Assembly: GCA_903847205.1 (NCBI GenBank)
Contig: CAINDA010000061.1
Location: 2,543 to 66,542 of the forward strand
Origin: an uncultured Bacteroidota bacterium
GTDB taxonomy: Bacteria; Bacteroidota; Bacteroidia; 2-12-FULL-35-15
Direction: 5' to 3'
DNA: 64,000 nucleotides
Shown here piece after piece: positions 56,687 to 64,000 of the stretch. Position 1 is the first letter of the stretch, and each line of letters opens with the position of its first letter. The position numbers and the translations under genes were made by a program. The notes under the pieces are model-generated. The model did not search any database. It was not told the origin of the DNA and saw only the letters and a program-made list of their open reading frames with translations.

Positions 56687-58798
56687 ATGTCGAGCCATTT
56701 TTTAAATTCACCTGTCGAATACATTAAAGGCGTTGGTCCTTCAAAAGCGGAGCTTCTTAAAAAAGAGCTTCACATTTTTAAATACTCCGACCTGCTCAGC
56801 TTTTATCCTTTCCGTTATGTTGACCGCACAAAGTTTTATAAAGTAAAAGAAATAAATGCTGATTTACCTTTTGTGCAGCTGCGCGGAAAAATTACGCACA
56901 CAAAAATGATCGGTGAAAAACGCTCTCAGCGCTTTACTGCAATTTTTGCAGATGAAACCGGAACCATTGAACTGGTGTGGTTTCAAGGTGCAAAATGGAT
57001 GGGTGAAAAAATAAAACCGCATGTAACAAATGAATACATAGTGTTTGGCAAGCCCGGTGTTTTTAACGGGCACTTTAATATTTCGCATCCCGAAATTGAT
57101 TTGGTGACAGAAGAGAACACCACATTTGCCAGTGTATTGCAGGCCGTTTACAACAGTACGGATAAGCTGCGTACAAGAGGGCTCGACACGAAAGGGATCT
57201 CACGGATTCAGAAAGTTTTGGTTTCATTAATCAAAAATAATATCCCCGAAACCCTCTCTAATATTATCCGCGAGCGGTTTCAAATGATTTCGCGTGAAGA
57301 AGCCCTTAAGCAGATTCATTGTCCGAAGAGCCCGGAACTGCTGAAGAAGGCAGAGTTCCGGTTAAAATTTGAAGAATTATTTTTTATCCAGCTTAAATTA
57401 TTAAAGCAGAAAGGCCTGCGCGAAAAGACATTCCGGGGTTTTGTGTTTTCGAAAGTAGGCGATTACTTTAATACTTTTTACAACCATCATTTGCCATTCC
57501 AGCTTACAAATGCTCAAAAGCGCGTGATCAAAGAAATTCGGCTTGACATGGGCTCCGGAAGGCAGATGAACCGCCTCCTGCAGGGCGATGTGGGCAGCGG
57601 TAAAACAATGGCTGCCTTAATGAATATTCTTATTTGTCTGGATAACGGATTTCAAGCCTGCCTGATGGCACCCACCGAAATCCTTGCCAATCAGCATTTC
57701 GAAACGATTTCTAAATTATTAAAACCTTTAAATATTAATGTAGGCCTGCTCACCGGTTCTAAAAAAGTGAAAGAGCGCAGGGTAATTCATGAGCAGCTGC
57801 AGAATGGCGAAATGCAGGTTTTAATCGGCACTCATGCCCTGCTGGAGGATGTGGTGCAGTTTAAAAACATCGGCTTGGTGGTTATTGATGAACAGCACCG
57901 GTTCGGAGTAGCACAGCGCGCTAAAATGTGGAATAAAAATACGCTTGCCCCGCACATGCTTATTATGTCTGCAACACCCATCCCGCGCACGTTAGCAATG
58001 ACGCTCTACGGCGATTTAGATGTCAGCGTTATTGATGAGCTGCCACCGGGACGAAAGCCGATACAAACCATTCACCGCTTCGACAGCCACCGGGACAGGG
58101 TGTTTGGTTTTATAAAAGAACAGATTGCCAAGGGCAGACAAATTTATATTGTGTATCCGCTGATCAAAGAATCGGAAACAATGGATTATAAAGATCTGAT
58201 GGATGGCTATGAAAGCATAACCCGCGCATTTCCGCTGCCCCAGTATAACGTAAGCATTGTTCATGGTCAGATGAAGGCGGATGCCAAGGAATACGAAATG
58301 CAGCGTTTTGTAAAAGGCGATACAAATATTATGGTTGCCACTACTGTGATTGAAGTAGGCGTGGATGTTCCGAATGCGAGCTTGATGATAATTGAAAGTG
58401 CAGAACGTTTCGGCTTATCCCAGCTGCATCAGCTGCGCGGGCGTGTGGGCAGGGGAGCGGAGCAGTCGTATTGTATTTTAATGACCTCTCATAAATTAAG
58501 CAGCGACGGCAAACTTCGCATGGAAACAATGTGCAGAACAAACGATGGTTTCGAAATTGCTGATGTTGACCTTAAACTGCGCGGTCCCGGTGATATGGCA
58601 GGCACTATGCAGAGCGGCGTTCTTGATTTGAATATTGCAGATTTAGCAAAAGATTCGCAGATTTTGCATGCTGCGCGCAACATGGCGATTGAATTATTAT
58701 CTGAAGATCCGAATCTTGAAAAGCCCGAAAACAGCAACATTGCATATCAATTTGCTTTAACCAATAACAGCAGATCTGACTGGAGCAGGATATCATAG
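56687..58798 (+). CDS. recG: ATP-dependent DNA helicase RecG
   Basis: IKGVGP, wedge domain, MNRLLQGDVGSGKT, MAPTEILANQH, IDEQHRFGV, MSATPIPRTL, QLHQLRGRVGRG and DLKLRGPGD. Confidence 0.97.
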   Translation: MSSHFLNSPVEYIKGVGPSKAELLKKELHIFKYSDLLSFYPFRYVDRTKFYKVKEINADLPFVQLRGKITHTKMIGEKRSQRFTAIFADETGTIELVWFQGAKWMGEKIKPHVTNEYIVFGKPGVFNGHFNISHPEIDLVTEENTTFASVLQAVYNSTDKLRTRGLDTKGISRIQKVLVSLIKNNIPETLSNIIRERFQMISREEALKQIHCPKSPELLKKAEFRLKFEELFFIQLKLLKQKGLREKTFRGFVFSKVGDYFNTFYNHHLPFQLTNAQKRVIKEIRLDMGSGRQMNRLLQGDVGSGKTMAALMNILICLDNGFQACLMAPTEILANQHFETISKLLKPLNINVGLLTGSKKVKERRVIHEQLQNGEMQVLIGTHALLEDVVQFKNIGLVVIDEQHRFGVAQRAKMWNKNTLAPHMLIMSATPIPRTLAMTLYGDLDVSVIDELPPGRKPIQTIHRFDSHRDRVFGFIKEQIAKGRQIYIVYPLIKESETMDYKDLMDGYESITRAFPLPQYNVSIVHGQMKADAKEYEMQRFVKGDTNIMVATTVIEVGVDVPNASLMIIESAERFGLSQLHQLRGRVGRGAEQSYCILMTSHKLSSDGKLRMETMCRTNDGFEIADVDLKLRGPGDMAGTMQSGVLDLNIADLAKDSQILHAARNMAIELLSEDPNLEKPENSNIAYQFALTNNSRSDWSRIS

Positions 58799-58867
58799 AG
58801 GACAATATGAGTGTTAAAATGGCCGAATGAAGCGGGAATCGGCTTTTATATTAATGAGCGGATTGAA

Positions 58868-59362
58868 TTATTCCTTCGGAGCCTCTGCTGCGGTTTTTCC
58901 TTCTTCACTGATAGGCTTCTCAATATTTGGAACAGGTTTTTCGGTATCAGTAAGCGGTTTGCCATCATTTGTAATTCGTTTCTTAGAATCGGTAAGTGCA
59001 TTTTCAGCATCAGTTGCAGCTTTGCTGGATTCTGTTTTTCCGCCTTCAGCAATCGTTTTCCCGGCATCGTTAATAGTCTGCGATACATCACCGATCTGGC
59101 GTTTCATGCTTTGTCCGGCTTGTTCAAACTCACTCTGCATGCCCGAAACATGTTTTTCTATTTCCTCTTTTATACCGCTGGTGCTTTTTTGAATTTCATT
59201 TTGAATCTGGGCCTTTGCTTCATTAATCTCCCTTAAGCCTTTGCCAAGTCCTCTTGCAAGTTCGGGCAGTTTGTCTTTCCCGAAAAGCATGATAATCACC
59301 AGCACAACCATAACAACTTCACCTCCGCCGAGATTTAAAAATAAAAAAATTGAATCAATCAT
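58868..59362 (-). CDS. Twin-arginine translocase TatA/TatB family subunit
   Basis: FLNLGGGEVVMVVLVIIMLFGKDKLPELARGLGKGLREINEA followed by a long low-complexity tail. Confidence 0.88.
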   Translation of the reverse strand: MIDSIFLFLNLGGGEVVMVVLVIIMLFGKDKLPELARGLGKGLREINEAKAQIQNEIQKSTSGIKEEIEKHVSGMQSEFEQAGQSMKRQIGDVSQTINDAGKTIAEGGKTESSKAATDAENALTDSKKRITNDGKPLTDTEKPVPNIEKPISEEGKTAAEAPKE

Positions 59363-59485
59363 TGTAATAAATATTATGATACAAAGTTACGTAAAAAGAA
59401 AAGCCCGATGAAGAAAAAACACCGGGCCTTAGTTGGAAAACAAACTGCAAACTTTAACAAATCAACGGCAACTATAAAAAACTAA

Positions 59486-59728
59486 TTAATTTCTGATTTT
59501 ATCTAAAAGCAGATTCAACTGCATAATTTCATTCTCATCTAATGTGCTAAGGCGCCTACCCATCCGCTCATTTTCTTTATCTATTTCGCCCAATAAATAA
59601 AGCCCCTTCTGGGTGATAATAATATCCATCTTACGTCTGTCTGTCTCGCGCTCTGTTCTTTCAACAAAACCTTTTTTTCGAGCAGTTCAAAAATTCTTGA
59701 GGTATTGCTCATGCGGTCAAGCAAGCAT
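59486..59728 (-). pseudogene. Truncated, doubly frameshifted MarR-family regulator (not in the ORF track)
   Basis: The - strand reads ML/DRMSNTSRIFELL/KKGFVERTERETDRRKMDIIITQKGLYLLGEIDKENERMGRRLSTLDENEIMQLNLLLDKIRN*. This needs removal of a duplicated GCTT near 59722 and one extra base near 59680. The N-terminal helices are missing. Confidence 0.75.
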
Positions 59729-59758
59729 TTTACACTCTCTTATACGAACCGACGGCCC

Positions 59759-59810
59759 CCAACAAAAACCCCTCACAAACTATTGGTCTGTAAGGGGTTT
59801 GGGCTGTTGG
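59759..59810 (-). terminator. Hairpin + U-tract immediately downstream of the tRNA 3' fragment
   Basis: aaaaacccctcacaaac-tattg-gtctgtaaggggttt; on the - strand the stem is followed by ttttt. Confidence 0.65.
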
Positions 59811-59812
59811 CA

Positions 59813-59835
59813 GAGGTCCCGAGCGGAACTGAACC
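59813..59835 (-). other. Isolated tRNA 3'-end fragment (probably tRNA-Cys), putative att site
   Basis: The - strand reads GGTTCAGTTCCGCTCGGGACCTC. It resembles a T-arm plus acceptor strand (recalled Bacteroidota tRNA-Cys end GGTTCGAATCCGCTCGGGACCTC) with a disrupted T-loop. There is no D or anticodon arm next to it. Confidence 0.65.
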
Positions 59836-60034
59836 CTTCCTTCCAAAGCCGTATTCAGCAAGCATTTCAATAATTGTAATTTTGAAAACGAAACTAAAGC
59901 GAAACAATTTTGGTGTTCGAAATCAGAGTAATTTAATTGGTTATATTCAAAGTCGTGCCTATAAACATCAACCTTACAATGCAGGAACAAGAAAAATATT
60001 TCAATACATTTGTTCATAAAAGTAAGGGAAACGA

Positions 60035-60616
60035 TTGAATAAAACAATAATAAAAAGTATTATGGCCATCAAGAAAACAATTAGGGAACAAAGCATTGAA
60101 GAGTTGCTTCCTCACCTGCTTGCATTGGGAGACGGCGCACTAACAAAGCTGGAGCAAGCACTTTTAGAGGAAATCCTTATCAATAACAATACCTTCACTG
60201 ATCTCACTAAATCTATTCAGCTGCCCACTCTTCGCCAAAAAACTGTTTTTGGCAATGCTATTAAACAATTAATCAAAACTCTACATGTAGCGAAGGATAG
60301 GGTAAACACTTTCAGCATATTGGAGAAAGAACTTGTTACCACCAAAAGGAAACTCGAAGCTTTGGAGGAAACTATTAACCGAAAAAATAAACTTTCTCCA
60401 GAAGTAAAAGAGCTGCTGCCTATTAAAATTGATACACTTGGGTTTTCATCAAGATTATTAAACATTTGTTTAAATGCCAATATTAACAAGGTTTCCGATC
60501 TTGTATGTCACTCCAGAAGGGGTTTTCTTAATAGTCGTAATTGCGGTAAATTAAGTATTGATGAAGTGGATACGTTTTTTAAGAAGAATGGACTTGAATG
60601 GGAAATGAAAATCTGA
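60035..60616 (+). CDS. Protein with C-terminal RNA polymerase alpha-CTD-like domain and a degenerate sigma-70 region-4-like HTH
   Basis: LLPIKIDTLGFSSRLLNICLNANINKVSDLV...FLNSRNCGKLSIDEVDTFFKKNGL matches the alpha-CTD pattern. The N-terminal LTKLEQALLE...TFTDLTKSIQLPTLRQKTVFGNAIKQL is region-4-like. Confidence 0.75.
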   Translation: MNKTIIKSIMAIKKTIREQSIEELLPHLLALGDGALTKLEQALLEEILINNNTFTDLTKSIQLPTLRQKTVFGNAIKQLIKTLHVAKDRVNTFSILEKELVTTKRKLEALEETINRKNKLSPEVKELLPIKIDTLGFSSRLLNICLNANINKVSDLVCHSRRGFLNSRNCGKLSIDEVDTFFKKNGLEWEMKI

Positions 60617-60646
60617 ATAAAAACAAGTGTTTTAAAGTTTGATGTT

Positions 60647-60964
60647 TTAAGCACCTACCTGCTTAGCAATAATAGTAAGTGTTTCAGCTTTGCATTTATA
60701 AAATCTTCCAAGATCATCCGCTTCTCCTTCTAAATAAAAATTGAGGTCGTTACTGTATTCAATAATTCTTTTTCCAGCTTCTTTATCTGATTGACCTATC
60801 AATTTACCTGCTTCATGCAGAAGCTGTTGGAGAAAACCGCTGTTGGCAGAATCTGAGTGTAAATTTTGAATTTTCTTTTGAATCCCGACAAGAATAATTT
60901 TGTGATTAGCGGGCATTGGCTTTACAATACTTCCGTTAGGTGTATGGAAATCTCTGTCAGTCAT
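60647..60964 (-). CDS. Hypothetical protein
   Basis: 105-aa ORF with ATG start and natural composition, filling the gap between neighbouring genes. Confidence 0.55.
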   Translation of the reverse strand: MTDRDFHTPNGSIVKPMPANHKIILVGIQKKIQNLHSDSANSGFLQQLLHEAGKLIGQSDKEAGKRIIEYSNDLNFYLEGEADDLGRFYKCKAETLTIIAKQVGA

Positions 60965-61047
60965 TATTCTTTTTTTCTGTTCGTAAATTTAGGAACATTA
61001 ACCATTACAAAAAAGAATTAATGAATTTTTTAATATTGCAAGGTGCG

Positions 61048-61281
61048 TTATTTCAAACCTTTAAAAAATTCCTCTAAAGTAAGTTTATGTATATCCAATA
61101 CCCTCAAAAGACTGGCAAGGGTTATGTTTGCTCCTTTTTCCATCCTTCCGTACTGTACGCGGTTTAATTCATTATCAAAAGAAAAATTCTCATAAGATTT
61201 GTATCCAGCTCCTTTCCGGAGTTCTCTGAGCTTATCTCCAATCTTTATAAGCCTTTTTTCATTCTTTGCTGAAAGTTCCAT
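61048..61281 (-). CDS. XRE-family helix-turn-helix regulator (start placed at MELSAK)
   Basis: KIGDKLRELRKGAGYKSYENFSFDNELNRVQYGRMEKGANITLASLLRVLDIHKLTLEEFF. Confidence 0.85.
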   Translation of the reverse strand: MELSAKNEKRLIKIGDKLRELRKGAGYKSYENFSFDNELNRVQYGRMEKGANITLASLLRVLDIHKLTLEEFFKGLK

Positions 61282-61325
61282 AATTAATTTATGGGCTAAA
61301 GTCCAGCTTTCACCTATTATTATGC

Positions 61326-61380
61326 ACCGCATATATTAGGGTTATTATATGCGGTTTGTCGTAAATATTTTATAAATTTG
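61326..61380. promoter_or_regulatory. Perfect 10-bp inverted repeat (candidate XRE operator) abutting a -33/-7 promoter
   Basis: accgcatata-N10-tatatgcggt (61326-61355), with tttg at 61355 and taaatttg at 61373-61380. Confidence 0.6.
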
Positions 61381-61400
61381 GTTTCACAAAAAATCTAAAA

Positions 61401-63164
61401 ATGAAAAAACGTAAACTAATTATTGCACTATTATTTGTAGCATCATTTGCAAATGCACAATACACCAAGCTGCTTGATTTCAATGGTACCGCATTTGGTT
61501 CACAACCATTAGGTGATCTTATTTCTGATGGAACCTTTCTATATGGAATGAACCAGCTGTCAGGCATAAACGGGAATGGAGTTATATTTAAAATAAAGCC
61601 TAATGGAACGGCATGTACCAAATTGTTCGATTTCGATATTTATGGTGGTTTGAACGGAAGAGAGCCTTACGGGAATCTTATCTCTGCAGGCATCTTTCTT
61701 TATGGTATGACGTCAGCTGGCGGTACTAATGATAAAGGAACCATTTTTAAAATAAAGTCCGATGGGACAGGTTATGCTAAAATATTCGATTTTGCAACCA
61801 ATGCAAATGGGACTTCTCCTCTCGGTTCTCTTATTTCTGTAGGGACTTTTTTATATGGAATGACGGAAGTGGGCGGAACCTATAGTGATGGAGTACTCTT
61901 TAAAATAAAGCCTGATGGAACGGGATATGTAAAAGTACTTGATTTTGCAGGCACAGCAAACGGTCGCAATCCTTGGGGCAATCTTATTTCTGACAGCACC
62001 TTTTTTTATGGAATGACAAAGTATGGTGGCATAAATGATAGTGGAACAGTTTTTAAAATAAAACCCGATGGTACAGGGTTTGTAAAATTGACAGATTTCT
62101 CAGGTGCCGCAAATGGTAAATGTCCTCAAGGCTCTCTTATTTCCGTTGGAACTTTTCTTTATGGAATGACTTCTGCTGGTGGCACAAACAATATGGGAAC
62201 AATTTTTAAAATAAAGCCAGACGGAACGGGGTATTCTAAGTTACTTGACTTTTCAGGAGTTTCCAATGGATATACCCCGTTGGGCTCACTTATTTCTGAC
62301 GGAATCTTTCTATATGGAATGACTCGTAATGGTGGTATAGGCACTTCTTGTGGATCAGTGGGTTGCGGAATTGTCTTTAAAATAAAGCTCGATGGAACAG
62401 GGTATTCCAAACTATTAGATTTTACAAGCAATGCAAATGGAGGTCGTCCAGATGGCTCTCTTATTTCTGACGGAACATTTCTCTATGGAATGACATCTGA
62501 GGGTGGCATCGGTGCTGGAACAGTGTTTAAGTATTGTATTACTCCAATTACATTTACCCAAACTCCTACTATATGTGCTGGGCATAGTTTAATTGTTGGT
62601 ACTCATACTTATAGTGCCAGCGGAATCCATACTGACACAATAATTTCTTTTCATGGCTGTGATAGTATTGTAACCACTAATTTAACAGTAAATACAGCAG
62701 ATACTTCTGTTTCTGTTACAAATACAACTTTAACATCAGGCACCTCAGGCGCATCATATCAATGGATAAACTGCTCTGGAAATACAGCAATTGCAGGGCA
62801 GACTAATCAAAGTTTTATTGCATCAACCAGCGGAAACTATGCAGTTGTTGTAACACATAATAGTTGTATTGATACTTCATCCTGCCATCATATAACAGTT
62901 ACTGGTGTCCTTGAAAATAATTTAACTGCGGGTATTACAATTTCTCCAAACCCATTCAGCTCTCAAACCACCATTACTTTTAATAAAGAACAAAAAAACA
63001 CTATTGTTAAAATAATGGACGAATCGGGTAAAGTAATAAAAACAATAAACTTTACGGGCAAAGAGCTGATCATTGAAAAAGGAGATATGAAAACTGGAAC
63101 TTATTTTATGCAAATAACTGACGGCAATAAGAATGTGGTTAATAGAAAAATAGTGTTGCAATAA
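61401..63164 (+). CDS. T9SS-secreted protein with seven Gloeo/Verruco-type (GloVer) propeller repeats
   Basis: Seven repeats of about 51 aa: P.G.LIS.GTFLYGMT..GG....GT(I/V)FKIKPDGTG(Y/F).K(L/I).DF; GCDSIVTTNLTV; CTD ISPNPFS...GTYFMQI. Confidence 0.9.
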   Translation: MKKRKLIIALLFVASFANAQYTKLLDFNGTAFGSQPLGDLISDGTFLYGMNQLSGINGNGVIFKIKPNGTACTKLFDFDIYGGLNGREPYGNLISAGIFLYGMTSAGGTNDKGTIFKIKSDGTGYAKIFDFATNANGTSPLGSLISVGTFLYGMTEVGGTYSDGVLFKIKPDGTGYVKVLDFAGTANGRNPWGNLISDSTFFYGMTKYGGINDSGTVFKIKPDGTGFVKLTDFSGAANGKCPQGSLISVGTFLYGMTSAGGTNNMGTIFKIKPDGTGYSKLLDFSGVSNGYTPLGSLISDGIFLYGMTRNGGIGTSCGSVGCGIVFKIKLDGTGYSKLLDFTSNANGGRPDGSLISDGTFLYGMTSEGGIGAGTVFKYCITPITFTQTPTICAGHSLIVGTHTYSASGIHTDTIISFHGCDSIVTTNLTVNTADTSVSVTNTTLTSGTSGASYQWINCSGNTAIAGQTNQSFIASTSGNYAVVVTHNSCIDTSSCHHITVTGVLENNLTAGITISPNPFSSQTTITFNKEQKNTIVKIMDESGKVIKTINFTGKELIIEKGDMKTGTYFMQITDGNKNVVNRKIVLQ

Positions 63165-63188
63165 TTTTACAAAAACAAAAATTCAACT

Positions 63189-64000
63189 ATGAAAACAACT
63201 ATTGGAAATTATTTAATGATTATACTTTTTATTTCTGCTAAAGCTTTTAGTCAAAACTCCGAAGACGAAAGTGACAAATATACTCAGCTTGGTGCTGGGT
63301 CTTTCGAAAATAAAGATTATAGTAATGCGATAATTTATTTTAAAAAAGCACTTGGAACCGCTTATGATTACAAGGCCTATAATAATATAGGACTTGCATT
63401 CTATTGGTCAGATAATATCGACTCGGCAATATTTTATTCCAGAAAATCTTCTACGCTAAACAAAGACTATTATAGTGCATGGGGGAATTTGTATCAATGT
63501 TACTACGACAAAGGTGACATTAAACATTTTGTAGAATGTTATGGCGAAGCTTTAAGATTAGATCATACAAAAACAATTGAAAGTAGCACCGATGTGAGCC
63601 ATGATTATGATGCAATGAAAGAAATTGTACAAAATCCAACTGCAAAAAATTCTTATGAATTAGGTGATGTATATTTCAACAAAGAGGACTATATCAAAGC
63701 GAAAGGCCTTTATGAACAAACATTAAAAATCGACCCTAATTATGGAAAGGCCTTATTCCAAATGGGTATAATAAATCTACAATTCACTAAAGCACCAAAT
63801 TTAGATAAGGCACTTGGTTACTTCAAAAAAGCATCTTTAGCTATGAAATCAGACCTTGATAATGTATACGAAAATATAGGATTGTGTTATGAAAAAAAGA
63901 AAGATTACACTAATGCTATTGCTAATTATAAAAAAGCTCTCACTTTCGACCCTGGTGATTTTGGAAAAAGTATCTTTTATAAATTGGGAAGAACTTACGA
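63189..64000 (+). CDS. Exported TPR-repeat protein (3'-truncated by window edge; not in the ORF track)
   Basis: ATG at 63189: MKTTIGNYLMIILFISAKAFSQ...YSNAIIYFKKAL...AYNNIGLAFY...AWGNLYQCYY, with further TPR-like repeats running to the window edge. Confidence 0.85.
   Translation, partial: MKTTIGNYLMIILFISAKAFSQNSEDESDKYTQLGAGSFENKDYSNAIIYFKKALGTAYDYKAYNNIGLAFYWSDNIDSAIFYSRKSSTLNKDYYSAWGNLYQCYYDKGDIKHFVECYGEALRLDHTKTIESSTDVSHDYDAMKEIVQNPTAKNSYELGDVYFNKEDYIKAKGLYEQTLKIDPNYGKALFQMGIINLQFTKAPNLDKALGYFKKASLAMKSDLDNVYENIGLCYEKKKDYTNAIANYKKALTFDPGDFGKSIFYKLGRTY

Larger units (their letters stand above)
59813..64000. mobile_element. Left edge of a putative tRNA-integrated genomic island (continues beyond the window)
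   Basis: att-like tRNA fragment followed by accessory genes (alpha-CTD protein, orphan, XRE HTH, propeller cargo, TPR). Codon usage looks more A/T-ending by eye. No integrase lies inside the window. Confidence 0.5.

Noticed and set aside
1274-58805. The many 60-160 aa ORFs nested in or antisense to long genes
   Set aside because: They overlap well-supported CDS and show no motifs, as expected of six-frame background.
58811-59236. Overlapping ORFs 58811..59236, 58827..59192 and 58846..59091
   Set aside because: They are antisense or alternate-frame shadows of the low-complexity Tat subunit tail.
59813-59835. Intact tRNA gene
   Set aside because: Only the T-arm/acceptor 3' strand is present, the T-loop is altered, and no cloverleaf can be built.
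59613-60047. ORFs 59613..59873, 59705..60019 and 59730..60047
   Set aside because: They cross the MarR remnant, terminator and att site, and have no recognisable motifs.
60035-60616. Calling this gene rpoA
   Set aside because: It lacks the alpha N-terminal dimerisation domain and the ribosomal-operon context.
61401-62540. Diversity-generating retroelement TR/VR pair among the near-identical repeats
   Set aside because: The repeats are in-frame propeller blades with ordinary codon-level divergence, and there is no reverse transcriptase in the window.

Overview
AT-rich 64 kb window from a Bacteroidota chromosome, judged from TAnnTTTG -7 promoter elements, seven T9SS type-A cargo proteins, LytTR two-component systems and Bacteroidota-type REP hairpins. 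It holds about 40 CDS: housekeeping genes (recQ, recG, rluF, a tatA/B-like gene, an HI0933 flavoprotein), a split alpha-2-macroglobulin/pbpC pair, TPR- and propeller-type sensors, and a SusD-less cluster (TonB receptor, lamin-tail, metallophosphoesterase, PLD) that may harvest extracellular nucleic acids or phosphoesters. The right end appears to be the edge of an island integrated at a tRNA (probably tRNA-Cys), next to an unannotated frameshifted MarR fragment. The most unusual signal is non-coding: three sequence-unrelated degenerate tandem arrays with a 21-bp period (22.1, 35.8 and 45.8-46.5 kb). The largest has palindromic units and runs up to the start of a cytoplasmic helical+FN3 gene. 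No CRISPR-cas, rRNA or intact tRNA was found. All family calls come from motif recognition by eye, not database searches.
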